Source of the DNA: Iphione sp. A-MEVVRFRX5
Lineage: Eukaryota
Direction: 5' to 3'
Assembly (NCBI GenBank): GCA_976226885.1
Contig: OZ320318.1
Span: 41,974,001-42,038,000, forward strand
DNA: 64,000 nucleotides
In this document: positions 25,965 to 39,640 of the stretch, in pieces
Layout of the letters: every line of letters begins with the position of its first letter
How positions within the stretch are numbered: the stretch's first letter is position 1
Translations under genes and position numbers: made by a program
Notes under the pieces: model-generated
Databases searched by the model: none
The model's input: only the letters and a program-made list of their open reading frames with translations
Told to the model about the DNA's origin: nothing

Positions 25965-27749
25965 TCCTTTATGTATGTTCATGTGTGTCTATGTGCTTTC
26001 GCCGATAGATGGATGTATGTTGATAGACGTATCCGTCGGTATAACTCTGCGTGTGCGCGTGTGTATGTGTGTCAGTTGATGACTATGCCACAGGTTGGTG
26101 TTCGTATTAATGTGTGCAGAGAAGGTATGTCTGACGTTGATGTAAGCTTGTGTGTATGTGTATATGCTTTATAGAATATATATGATATGTGTATGTTAAG
26201 GTGCCTGTATCGATATCCTTGTTACTTGGTACTTCCGTACGTCGTCGTGTGTCTGTTAGAGTGTGTGTATGCGTGTAAGTGTGTGGGAATTAAGATTTCA
26301 GCACCTTCCCATCCGCGTTTTGCAGAAATGATATATGTACCGGACGCTGTGTTGTCAGCATACAGGAGACCAGGATATAACGTCTGGAAATATAAATTGA
26401 TATAATGTGATACATAATATGAAAAACGCCCAGATATTATACACTAAAACATGGACATCTTCATATCGAGTGAGTAAAGCCAATGCCCAACTTGTACAGC
26501 AGGTTCAGTCGTGTTCGAATAATATTTCTAAAAGAAAGAAATGCCAGCGACAGTGATAGTGTGTGAGAATAAAGTAAGAGCTTTAATCGATTAGGATACA
26601 TGGTGTTGTGATATGTTAGAATGAGGTTCCACTTTTAAGTGACAAGCGTAGAAGCAATGATGCTAACATGTAGAATATAATAGTTTTAACTGATAAAGGC
26701 ACCAGCAACAGTGCTGCTGTGCAATAATAAAACAACAAATTGAACTGCAATGGGCAAATACAGAGCAAAAATGTATGAATGAAGTGATCGTTTTAGCAAT
26801 GACAACGTTTAAAGCAAAAGTGACACCACATCAGAAAACGACCACAGTCTGACTGATCGAGACACACGCAACAAAGATAATACATGGGAATAAAGTCCCA
26901 TTTTCAAATGTGCGATTGTGCATGGACCAAATAAAGCATATTTAATGTTTATGCAGTCGTGCCCTGTCTTTTGACGCACAGACAACCAGAGGCCATCATT
27001 TTCATCTGACTAAATATTCTGTGACAGAATAATCTGACAGCCTATTTATGCATATCAATAATGACATCATATGGTTTGTTGAATTTAATTGAATTGAACT
27101 ATGAGTCATTACAGCTATGTTTGATCACACCTATGGTTTGTTTGACAAGAATCCATTAAAACTGTACAGAAGACACTCAAGGGACTTTAAATTTGAATCA
27201 AAATTCTTACTTTTATGCATCTCTATAAGGATTTCAGCGTTTTTCATGCTAAATATAACCATTTGTGTGACATGATCAATTTTTTGTGTATATTATGTGG
27301 TAGACAAGAAGCACCAACAAAGGTGCAATAGATGCATGTAAGAAAAGACGAGCAAATCACATAATCATCAGAGGTTTTTGCAAAAGGCCGAAAGATGTCA
27401 TACTATAGAAGGATTACATTAGTTGATTACATCGAGTGCCAGGGTCAGTACCTTGTCTCATTTTACCTAGTTACTATTGGACAACTATGATGCTATATCT
27501 GCTAAGCTTAATTTGTCAAGTGACTTCAGCTTTGGGGAAGGCTTTTGTAGTCCAAGACACTTTTGTAATCTGAACGACTGTGAATAACTCTTGCTGCTAT
27601 GTTTTTAAAGGTTGATGAGTCCCATACTTCCCCGTCATGTAATTGTGTCCCTTCCTTTGGGTAAACGATTAAGCTAGAAAAGGTTATAGACTACAGTCAC
27701 TGCTGTTGCTCTGATTAATAATTCTGTTCTCGAAAACTTCAGGTCTTGG

Positions 27750-28900
27750 TTCAACTTACGTGCAGGTAAAAGATCATTTCGCTGGCAAACAGCCCTACAA
27801 CATTTATAGAATCCCATTTGCTACCCTGTTCTCCTTGACGCACCAAGACCACGTATCAAGGGGGGCATGATAGGTCAGATGTGGTAGAATAAGAGAGTTT
27901 ATTGACTTTATTCTCAGTGGAAGGACACTTCTGACTCGTGCTGACTTGACCGCTGCAGATTTGCCATTTAAATCCGGCCTCACACAGCCTCAATATAGCC
28001 TTAAAGATACCGCTCTTTGTGCGGCTTCCTAAGGCTACGTAACCAAAATAATGCATGGTAAATGCATACCGTTCCCTCATGCAGCCTCACAGACAGCAGC
28101 ACAGGTATAGACATTGGGCTTAAGAGTAAAAGTATAACACCTGCATAAACTATCAATGTATAAGTCGGATTAAATGACCTAGCTGCACCTAGTGTCATGT
28201 ATAAACATTTACTCGGAGTGAGAACAAGGCCAACTGATTTTTGGGCACAACAGACACTGGACTCAAGAATCAATAGATTATACACTTTTAAAACCACCAG
28301 AAGGTCGTCGGCGTATTACACAGTCCCAAATCTGTCAGCATCTCCTTTACAAGTGAACAGATTTAGGCGATTGGCACAATTACTAATTCCTGTGGCACTC
28401 CCTCCTATATGGTGATAGATGAGCTGATATCCCCAAGGCATGCAAATCTTTTAGATAGTTATTGATGAGCTGGACCAGCCTTTCACCTAAGCCTGCGGTT
28501 TCTGTGCTAAGACCTGGACGGAAACCACGCCGACTGCCAGAGAATAATGCACGTCTTTGAAGCTTTATTTATGTCATTATGATACCCCTTTTTTACAATG
28601 GTACAACCCGAGCTACTGTCCAGCCAGGTGGATAAATTTAGATCTCACCAGTACAATCAAAGAGCCAAGCTAAGGAAATCAATTTGAAAAGTAAGAGTGT
28701 GAGAATGTGCATAGGGATATCAGCAATCCCTGAGCATTTACTGTCATCCACCTGAAGGATCAAGTCAAATAAATACACTGGTGTAATAGGATCAATGTTT
28801 AGACTGACTGGTTCTTATCAGTCACAATACACTAATGAGGATGAATATGACTGCACTAGCTTCTGCCCTGTGTCAATAAAAATCAGCATTAATTCCGTTT
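27750..28900 (-). mobile_element. Degenerate CR1/L2-type LINE ORF2
   Basis: Manual minus-strand translation gives YPPGWTVARVVPL*KKG, RGFRPGLSTETA, and YADDLLVVLKV (TACGCCGACGAC near 28310). Confidence 0.75.
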
Positions 28901-31595
28901 GCCAGATGCACTATGTCATTGTTGTAGGGTCTCTCCCTTTTTGAGCACTTCTCGGTTAGAAGCCCTTGTTTGCATATTCACATGACCACTATATAACTGA
29001 TTTACATCCGGCCATAGATTTGGCGTGGAATTTCTTCATTTTATGTAGAAGCAACTATAATGACTGCAATCTTCTCTGTAACTCCCATAACTAATATTAT
29101 TATAAAGCGAGAGTGTGGTTTTAGTTGGTCAATAGAGGATTTAGCCATGGGTTAAAATGACTAAGGTGTGCGTTTGTCATTGTGTGAACTGTCATTTTAT
29201 GAAAAGGTCATGGTGTGAACTAGTGATCACATGGGTTGATAATAGTCAAGCATTAAAAAAACAAGTTCATCATATCACGATGATATACAAGACCAATGCA
29301 CAGTTGCTGGTGACCATTGTTCTCTAGGAGAGAGTCGAAAGGGATTCATTCCAAACCTCCTAAGGCAATTGTTAGAATGACAATTTGCTCATGAACGAGA
29401 TGGATTGTACTAGTTTGATATCTTAGACATGCAGAGTACAGGAGGCTCCTGTGCTAGAGGTGTGCCATTGTTCATACCGATGGACTCCTCCTTATGTTTA
29501 ACGCTTCATCGTCTTCACCAAATGAGGAATGACCTACATATGTTCCAAAAGAATTTTATGTTGTGATCAAGGGATGTTCCTAAATAAGTTAAGTCTGTCT
29601 CTGCGGTGTGCAAGAGGAAGGGACCTGAATAAGTACATTTCACTCTTTTATGGCTAGACATTTGACCCGACCTCTGTTATCGCCTTTTTTGTCCGACAGC
29701 AGAACATAAACACGTCTCATGAAGATGAGGGATAAAGACTAGATCTGTTTTTTAGTAACCAATAGGTTTCTTCAAGTATGATAAAGTCAAGGCAGACAGA
29801 TATACATAAGTATAGCTTTGATAGAAGACTGACCTTTAGGGAAGAATAAGCATCAAAACCCAAGCATAAACATCTATCCACATTATGTACATCTCCAACC
29901 TCTCATGAGACGGTAAAGTGGGAGAGACTAAGTATATCTATGTCTTTTCCCAAGATTGTCTTTATTTGCGAATTTCCACCGCATTTAATTTGGCAAGCAC
30001 GATCAACTTGGACGGCTTTCCTTATAAGGAAGAGTTGGCCTTGGACTTCTTGTTCTTTTGCATCTTACACATGTTATCTTTGGAGGTACGCATTACAAAT
30101 AATCATCTTTACATTGACATAATGTGATATTGTCTTGTATTCTTCGTGTTAAAGACGTTCACTGTATTATCAAACATCTAGTCATAATGAATATGTATAT
30201 ATATATAACCATTCTTACATAAATTTACAGACATGTACATTTATTAGAGGTGAAATGTACAGCGCATACACATGTGAAAGGAAATAGTAATACAGAGTTG
30301 AAGCACCTTTTCTATCACTTATGAACTTATGATAAATCTTAGATCAGCTCATAAACCGTTCCCACTGAGGACAAAGAGGTTATGTGGTCATGATAATTTT
30401 ATTATGCGATTGTTATCCTGGCTATTCCACTCTCTCTTTGAACACAATGTAGATACTTTTGTCTCAGATGATATATTTTACGAAGGAGATTACAATCGTC
30501 GTGCAATCTGCTGTTTATATCACGTTCCTAAAATGTGATGGAAGTTAATGGTTCCCAATCGATGTGATGCAGAGCATGTCCTGTTATTTAGCCATTTAAA
30601 CTCCCAAATGACTCACAAGCGGCATGAAAAAAGGCAAATCGAAAACGGTACTATTACCGCTCACCCGGCGCGGCAACTTGTATCCAGGATCCACCGCCAT
30701 GTTGTTTGCACCCGTATACGTATGCATGTGTGTGCATGGAAGTATGTATGTTTGTATGTGTATATGTGTTAGCATGGATGTATGTGTACACATATAGACG
30801 GCTAACTTTGATGAAGAGTACATCCTGATCTCACACACGTCGAACCAGGAAGGAGGACAAATGTTCATGTACCGACGTTTCTACATGTGTATGTAACCTC
30901 ACATACAGTCTTATTTCATATACATGTACGCATACATGTGTGAGGATGTAATGATCAACGTTACTACTAGGATCGTTTCGAAACAATAAGAATTGCATGT
31001 ACTGTAAAAGTAAACGATTTTACGTATTACAACAATATATCTATGACCTATTATATGATAACACTATCTGTAAAATGTCAATCAAATCTCTCTGTCAAAG
31101 CTCCTCCTCCCCCCATGTTTGGATACAGAGAGGGACGAAGTGAAACAAAACAGAGAGAACGGCAGAAATAGGAAGGAAAGGATAGGCAGGGCAGAGAGAG
31201 CAAAGTGTAGAGAAGCATAGAGAAAAAGTGAGAAGAAACACTAAAAACCCACCAATCTGCGCATAATCCACACAGATACCCAGGTTGCAATTGACATTCT
31301 ATAAACTTTTACTATACATTTCACATTGGTTTGAAGAAGGTTGTGATACAAAATGGATAAAACATCCATTCTAATCATTTCTTGAATATTCTAGTGAAAT
31401 GGATGTAAAAAGCCTTCCTGATAGAATTTAAATTTAAAATATTGTATCTTATTTTTTTTTCTTTTTTGTTATAAATTAATCGCTCTTTGTCATATTCTTT
31501 TGTCATTAAGAAATCTAGCTTCTCACCTTTGTTGAGCTCATGTTTTCTGGCTCAGAGTACTTAACTCAATAAGCTATCTGGACTTGTTATTAATT

Positions 31596-31938
31596 TTCAT
31601 TTCATTTCATTGTATCTTTTACCAGGAATATATTCACCTATCATACAACAGGGATATTCCATATCCTCCTGGGGTAGCATACTACCATCTATTATTGAGA
31701 ATTGAGAGACCAGAATACCCGAGGTTGCTCCCTACTCTTATTTCGAATAGGTTTCTGGGGTCTTTTTGTACATAGGGGACAGAATCCTATACACCCACAG
31801 CCTTTTTATGAGTTGTGGACCACTCTGCGTTGGGGCTACAGTAAATTTGTCTGGTCATGATCAAGAGTCCCAGGCCGGGGATTGAACCTGTGACCTCTCA
31901 GTCAGTAGACCAGTGCTCTACCACTGAGCTAACTCCCC
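31596..31938 (-). mobile_element. tRNA-derived SINE with Deu/Nin-like central domain
   Basis: Head GGGGAGTTAGCTCAGTGGTAGAGC...GGTTCAATCCCCG; core AAAAAGACCCCAGAAACCTATTCGAAATAAGAGTAGGGAGC resembles the recalled Deu-domain consensus; (ATGAA)n tail. Confidence 0.7.
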
Positions 31939-32450
31939 ACCCTATAATTCATTCTAATACTCTAGTGGTGAAATTACCTATACCTGTAAGGACACAGCCA
32001 ATGAAATTTTCAGGGGACGATTCACTCTGACATCACAATAGACTTAAATGTTGTACGTTTTCTGAAACAAGATGGATGACAGGCATCGACTCGCTTTTTG
32101 TACCTCAAACTTGGGAGGGATTAGAACATTTTCAGTCAAAATAAGGCCAAAATTATTTATTTATTCAAATTAACATACGCTCACCATTCTGACATGTTTG
32201 GAAGCCATTTCAACTTGTAATTTCATAAACCTTTAGTTATGGGCGTCATGCTTGCTGCAAACTAGCAGCAACAAATTTTGCATATAATGCGCGTGCTCAG
32301 TAGGTTATTTTATTGGGTCATACATGTGCAATACATTAATTTAAGATGAAATTTGACTAAAGGTGCTGTCTGCTGGTATATATAGACAAATTATGTGCGC
32401 ACAAACCGACAGAAATGTATAGTGATACTGTACCTATAGTCATTAGAACT

Positions 32451-32579
32451 GCCATTAAGTGAAGTAGAAGTGAAATGTCGACAAACCTTGTCCATCTCAC
32501 CGAGGGGAGGGGCGCAGTCCCTCCCCTCGGTGAGATGGACAAGGTTTGTCAACATTTCATTTCTACCTCACTTAATTGC
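32451..32579. repeat. Near-perfect foldback hairpin (~60-bp arms, 7-nt loop)
   Basis: ...gacaaaccttgtccatctcaccgaggggaggg-gcgcagt-ccctcccctcggtgagatggacaaggtttgtc... Confidence 0.9.
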
Positions 32580-32648
32580 TCAGTTAAAAAATACCTCATG
32601 TTCATTTTCTAATGTAACCACACTACCAAATTGCAGAAACATTACTAA

Positions 32649-32985
32649 GGCCTAAAAAAAGTTCTGTGTTTCCGGTAACATGCTTAAAATATGGAGGGTC
32701 GGTAGGTCGGTGGTTATTTTTTGTTTTTTCATTATTTTTTCAATGTAAAATATTACTTAAAGTTACAAATGTATATGGTAACATAAGTTCTCTTACTTAG
32801 ATCTTTATAAAAGTTGTATCAAATGAGAGCTTGTGATGTAGGCAGCAAAATGGTGTATTGCATGTGTCTCTATCATTATTCATTCCAAAGATATTAACAA
32901 AAACAGAATAAAATAAAATATTCCATTTGGATCAAAAGCAGGGTCGGTCGGGTTACTCGAAACACAGGTATTTTTTGTTTAGGCC
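32649..32985. mobile_element. Intact PIF/Harbinger (Tourist-like) MITE
   Basis: TIR GGCCTAAA.../...TTTAGGCC; 3-bp TSD TAA (32646-48, 32986-88); subterminal gtgtttccggtaac / gttactcgaaacac. Confidence 0.8.
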
Positions 32986-35269
32986 TAACCAATCTACAGC
33001 ATTCTAGGAATGTCTCATTTGAATGGTATGATTTAATGTCTGTATTTTGTGATTGAATGTTTAATTTGCTTCTAAACCAAAGCAAAACATTAATCAAAGG
33101 TTCAGTTCTAATATTACATGAATATGATGATTTAACATTAAAACTAAATTGGCTGAATATGTTTTGGCACCTAAACAGACTTTACTTTCTTGGAACATTT
33201 CATTCTAACTTTGCCTGATTGTTACGATTTGACTTTCATGAAATGTCTCTAAACCATCTTCATGGTTGCCTAAAGTTTCAGTTCTTATGCTACTTGAACA
33301 TAATGACTAAATGCCTATACAAAGTGTGAATGCTGTTCTAACCTAACCAAACCACAACATTCTATAGAGGTTTTTGAATATTATGTATTAGCTGGGTATT
33401 CATGAGAATTAATCTAAAATCTGCCTTAAAGGTCAAGCTCTCATTTTAACATTCAGCATATAAGTATTATATACAGACATTAATTTTCATAAGTATGATA
33501 AACAATAAGTCCCAATAATTTCTCCATGTTAGTAGAGATGTATTTATAGTAAAGGAAATTTTTGGCGATGATGGTGAAGGCCATGTATCTTCCCTCTGTT
33601 TAAAAGCTGCCCATTGCAATAGTTGAGGTGAAACATATTTCTATGATAAGACTGGAGCACCACACCAAGTTATGGTGTTAGAGGTCTTCTTATTTGTTTT
33701 TTTCCAAATACGCGTAAAAAGACACACACTCGAACGAGTCAGAGATACTGACTAAAGCATTGATATCATACAAAAAAACTAAAAATCAAATAAATACATC
33801 TTAAGAGTAGGAAACGCTGAATAATCTCAAAACGATGATAAGCGCATTAATGTTAATGTTATATAATGCGTGTAATAATCAACATGGGCATAACTATCAA
33901 TACCATAATATTAAAAGAGATTATTTCCTAGGCACTCACACTGGTCTCCAACCTTCAGCTGAATCTTGTGACCCTAACCAAAACTTATTATCACACATCT
34001 CGCTATGAAGCCAGTCCCCTTACTAAAACTGTACAAATTATGCTTGGGTACAGGGGAAATAATGATACAATTGACCAAGATGGTCAAAAGAAAAACAAGC
34101 GCCGCAATGAACTAGGGAATATACAGATGACCTCATTCCACAGTGTAAAATTGACGGAAGACAGTTTTTGGATCACATAAAGAAGTGAACCTAATCACAT
34201 ATCGCTCTCAATTCTGAGTTGAGTATAAGCTGTAACTGTACTGTCAAATATTGATTGGATGTATTTATATACAAATAAATGTCCGAATTCGGAGTTGGGT
34301 ACCATCACTCACCTCATACAGTACTCTCGTCTGTCATCCTCTTCTTAAGGCCTCCATTCGCTCGCCGCTTCCTGCTAATGACACAGGACACACAGTATAC
34401 ACTTTCCAGCTCGCGTGGAGCAGTCACGTGAAGGACGGCTTTCCTTATATGGAGAGAGGAGCTCATTTAGGTAGGCTGGGTGGCAGAGTGTGTCGTGTCC
34501 TGTTACATATATCTATGTATGTCCACGCATATACATAGGCAAATGGAGGATTTGGAAATATTCTCACATACTCTCACACCCTCGGAGAAGCATGCATATT
34601 TCACACAAACACGTTAACAATGTAATACAAATAAGATGGATCATATACAGATGTATCTATACCTATACGTATACATCTATGCACACGCAAATGCATCAAC
34701 CTCTTCCCAACACACACTCTGACACCCCCATCCCCCCACCGCCGCCACACTGTTACTTGTATATATGTCAAAAGCAACGATTCGCAAATTTACATTTACC
34801 TACCAAACGCATTTTGAGATGCGAGCAAACACAGGCACACACAAACACACACAAACACACGTCTTGGCATCGTCATGTTGCTTCCGTCAGAGCGTCTAGT
34901 CGTGACGTAGTAAGCAGGAAGTATCTATGGACACGCGAGCATATATGCGCTCTCTGATAGATAACTATAGAGGTCGGGAACTACACAGTGGCTGGTTTGC
35001 AGGGCTGGGGGGGTGGGGGTTGGGGACGAGGGAGGACGGTAGGTAAGGTCAAGAGACAGTAACATGAAGTTTATCGAGTAGTTGAGGTTACTTCAGCGAA
35101 ACAGCGGGAATTCCCGTGCTATTTCAAAAGGCTTTTAATGTGACATAATGATTAATCGTAGTACACTGTATATTAACAGAAGTACTGCCCGGTTATCCAA
35201 ACGACACAACGATGTTAAGTTTTGTAACATTCAACAGAGCAAAAGTATCAATAACTGAAGTCTAAGGTC

Positions 35270-36050
35270 TAAGGTAATGTTGTTTGGGAAGGCTGGAGGC
35301 TTCCAATTAGATGTGAAATTGGGAAGTGAGATCTTGGAACAAGTGAGCAGTTTTAAGTTCTTAGGTTTGCACCTTGACGAAGGGTTATCTTTTGCCTGTA
35401 TGATACAACATGAAATAAAAAAGCTTCATCAGCTATCCTACTTGATTAGGCGATCAGGATTTTTACTAAATATTGAACTCAGGAAAAGAATATTTGTAGC
35501 ATTCCTCACTCCTCACCTAGACTATGGGTTGTGCTTTTTAACAGGAGCAAATAAGGTGGATTTCAATCGGTTGGAGAATGCATGGTACAGAGCTATTTGA
35601 TGTGGCATTTTGGGCTTATGGGTGGGGAGAGGGGAGATCAAAGAATGATTAGGAAGAAACCATATCAAAGATTGTGATAAGAGGTTGCATTGTTATTTGT
35701 TGAATTTGATTTCTGACCTGTATGCATTAGGTATCTGTTCTGTTAAGGGACAATCAGTGACATGTGTGGGGAGCATGATACAGTTGTATTATGAAAGACC
35801 AGTATTGACTACTTATGCAAATAGTTTTGTAGTTGAGGACATAAAAAGATGGAACAAATTACCCTCAAATATATTGTCATTACCAGTAAAGGGTATTAAG
35901 AAGCATGTTATGCAGATTATCTAGTAAATGTAGTTAAGAGAAAAGGAGAAATGCATGCTTGTTTGGATTGTACAATGGCTGAGTATCATGTTGAAAAAAC
36001 ATCAAGTAGATTGATGACACTTTTGCTCAATAAACATTTTCAAATCAAAT
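35270..36050 (+). mobile_element. 5'-truncated CR1/L2-type LINE 3' end
   Basis: SFKFLGLHLDEGLSF...FVAFLTPHLDYG...KRWNKLP, followed by AATAAA and a caaat tail near 36027-36050. Confidence 0.8.
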
Positions 36051-37781
36051 TAAGTTGAGATAGCTTCATCGGGCAGACTCGAAAAACTACTTATACGGAC
36101 GGCAGCCTTCTTGGCGTTCCTGGGTTCCTTTCTTCGACAGGGAAGCATGTCGGAGTGAGAATTCGCCTTTGTGAAGGACTATCCTATACATAGGTGGAGA
36201 AGACGGGTTTCCGTAACTTGTATCATGTACGCACTAGTTATTTGAATGGTACGGATTAGAGTTTGGATCGACAAAAAATTCTCTGGAATGGAAATTGAGT
36301 TGCACTAAAGTACACAATATTGATTTTTATACATGCAAATACGTTAGCATTTACTTTTAAATGAGCATTAGAGAAGTATAAAATAGATAAGGGTATCAAG
36401 CGGGAGATGATAAAGAACTAGGCTACAACTTAAGGGAGTTTTGGTGTCAAATATTTATTGCTATCTCTGTTGACAGGGAAGACGTTTATAAAGACAGCTC
36501 AAAGTTTCAAATATAAAGTTTATACATAGGTGGCATATGACTGTATTGCTGCGCATCTATTAATATATTTATGCACATGCATAACTCTAAACAAATCCCC
36601 TGAGAGAGAATTATCTTTATGACGAATTTATTATTTCAGATATAAGCAAGGGAGTTCTTTAATTCTAATATGTTATGCCTCTGTGCCTCTGTGTACCTAT
36701 GTCTATTTGTGGATCAAACTGTGTATATATCCATTTGTGTATGTTTGTTTTTAGGAAGAATGGGAACTGAAGGAGAAGGGAAATAGGAGAGGTACATAGA
36801 GAAAAGGGGAGAGTTTAGTTAGAGAAGGACACAAAAAGCTGTTGGGAATTCAGAATGGACAGAAACCGAAAGAGACGATAAGGAAGGCAAAAATACTAGA
36901 AGAGAGAACAAGAGAGCAAAGACAGACACAACTTCAATGAATCACTGCTTAAAACCAGCTCGTTGAGCTGACCAATGTGAGTTCGTATTCTTTTTTTAGT
37001 GGAACATAACGGAAAGAATCGCAGGAGTACTCTTGTCATAGGCTGAGAAATGATAACGTGTACTTGAATCTGGCATATCTCTGTACGTCTCCGTGTTGCT
37101 TCCACAAAGAAGCTTGAAAACCACCTCGTGTATCGACTTAGTGGACCCATGCTTCTAGGCTGGACCGGTAAACCGTACAATCATGGGTGGGGTGATTTAA
37201 ATCAGATAAAGTACTCGTAGTCATGATCACACTCAATAATGGACTCATTAACTCGTCCATTATTTCATGTGATCACTCCTACTCGTACTTAATCTAATAC
37301 ATAATTTACATTACTAGAAGATAAACATTGAAAAATATTGCTCCCAGAAGAAATTGTTCCATTAAGATGTGCTCAGCTAGTGATTTCGCAGTATTGTGAC
37401 TTAATTTGTCCTTGTATGTCATGTGAAATACAATTTGTCATGAACTGTAAGTATCCATGTTTTGTGCAAAAAAGTGCATCACCATTTTATCATCTGCACC
37501 ACTAATGCATATCTGATGCATCATGAGATATATAAAAAATAGAAATGATCATAATTGGTTAGAGAATACTAGTCAAATACGACTCACAACAGAACAAGCT
37601 ATGAATTTCCTGATAATTTTCTTAGGCAGAAATTAACTTCCTTACATAAAAAGCCATATGTAATCATATGTATACGTATCATCTATGTGACAAGGTAACC
37701 TGAAGTAAGAACACCAAACAATTATGATATAAAAGTTCGGCCTCAGGATAACACCGAGAAAAAACTCTAATCGGGTCTAAT

Positions 37782-37835
37782 GGAGGTGTGAGTCAAGGGT
37801 TTAGAAAAGGAGGTGTGAGTCAAGGGTTTAGAAAA
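37782..37835. repeat. 27-bp tandem duplication
   Basis: ggaggtgtgagtcaagggtttagaaaa x2. Confidence 0.85.
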
Positions 37836-38589
37836 GCGTCTCTCTTTCGCTGACATGTTACAAGATAACAGGTCGCACGGTGTTGAATAAAGTCAATGTC
37901 GTTTCCATGATTAGTTTCAGAGAACGCCACGGAAGGCAGATAGGTCAATCAGCACAAATGTCACTATCTTTGTTAACGCTAATGTGCTACCCTCTGGTGT
38001 ATTCTGGTATCACTAGTATATCAATGCATGTAGTGAAAGCTGAAGCAGGGCTTACAAATCCTGTCAGCCGATATGATAAAATTACAGTTTTTTTATTATT
38101 GTTGACACTATTCTCTAATTTTTATAACGATTTAATGACCATTCATTTCTTGTACAGTCAATAGCAAAATATGAGTGAATTCTATTTATTGATCCATTCT
38201 ACAAAAGTACATACATGTATACAGGTGCGAAGCCAAACTAGTATCAGGTGGGGTATATGCAAACACTCTTGACATCAAAACAGTCACTACAGTTTCAGCG
38301 ACAGAAATACTGCAATCTGTGTAAAAGCGTTTCCACAAATAAGGCAGTGTTTGCCCTTCTATGCTGATGGACCTGGAAGAAGTCTGAATGTTGGATCCTA
38401 CAAAGCCTAGCTATCGCTTTCCCTCTACTCCTAGTCCATAGTTAGCATTTTCTGCTTAGAACCACTGTCACAGAACTTAGAATTTTACATTGACCCGTAT
38501 GCAAACATTATACAACAAATTTCAATCTCAATCCTACACTGAAACTCTCACTTTTATAAATCTACCCTTGCCATATATCGAATGCGTAT

Positions 38590-38671
38590 TGTAATTCGCG
38601 TATTTAAATCTCCTTTGAGTTACACTTCTGACACCAGTGTAATTCGCGTATTTAAATCTCCTTTGAGTTAC
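38590..38671. repeat. 33-bp direct repeat with a 15-bp spacer
   Basis: gtaattcgcgtatttaaatctcctttgagttac x2. Confidence 0.85.
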
Positions 38672-38772
38672 TCCTCGGAATAAAGTAATATCCCCAAGTG
38701 TCATATGTGTGTTGTTATTCCCACTTGGTAAATCCTCCTATGGTAGTTAATTCCTTGGCTTAGTAATCCTCA

Positions 38773-38959
38773 TGTGTTAATCCAATACGCTACTCCAATA
38801 GGCTAACCCTAAGGTAAATCCAAGTGGGTATGTGTTCCTAGCATTCCCTGAAGAGACAACAGCCACAACGTAATCCAAGTGCAGACTGGTTTATTGGCCA
38901 CACAGGACCCCTTATATATAGGCAGCAGTCAGTCACATGACCATCTCCAACATGCAACA
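38773..38959 (-). mobile_element. Possible solo LTR
   Basis: The minus strand reads TGTTG...TATATATAAG...AATAAA...ACA. No TSD was found. Confidence 0.3.
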
Positions 38960-39005
38960 CAGTAAATTTTTTTAGAACGCTTTTGCTACATGTGACCTAC
39001 ATATG

Positions 39006-39640
39006 GGCTATAAATAGCACACCCAGAGTTCATTGAGTACAGCATAGTGCATAAAGGTTGGCGGCACCGCTAATCCTATGGCCCAAGAGGCACACTCCTA
39101 TACTAAAAGGTTGGTGGCACCGCCAATGATCCCTGCTTACCAGCTATAAATAGCACACTTGTCCTACTTACAGGCTATAAATAGCACACCCAGAGTTCAT
39201 TGAGTACAGCATAGTGCATAAAGGTTGGCGGCACCGCTAATCCTATGGCCCAAGAGGCACACTCCTATACTAAAAGGTTGGTGGCACCGCCAATGATCCC
39301 TGCTTACCAGCTATAAATAGCACACTTGTCCTACTTACAGGCTATAAATAGCACACCCAGAGTTCATTGAGTACAGCATAGTGCATAAAGGTTGGCGGCA
39401 CCGCTAATCCTATGGCCCAAGAGGCGCACTCCTATACTAAAAGGTTGGTGGCACCGCCAATGATCCCTGCTTACCAGCTATAAATAGCACACTTGTCCTA
39501 CTTACGGGCTATAAATAGCACACCCATAGTTCATCAAGTACAGCACAGTGCATAAACGCTGGCGACACCGCCAACCCTGTGGCCCAGGAGGCACACTCTT
39601 ATACTAAAGGGTTGGCGTCATCGCCAGCGATCCCGACTCG
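39006..39640. repeat. 167-bp tandem repeat (3 near-identical units plus a diverged 4th)
   Basis: Units start at 39006, 39173, 39340 and 39507. Each full unit has two GCTATAAATAGC motifs and two AAAGGTTGG(C/T)GGCACCGC motifs. Confidence 0.95.

Noticed and set aside
31866-31938. Functional tRNA gene
   Set aside because: The anticodon stem does not pair and the sequence continues into a SINE body and tail. The same applies to 21868-21935.
39006-39640. CRISPR-like array
   Set aside because: The context is eukaryotic, the whole 167-bp unit repeats with no unique spacers, and there are no cas genes.
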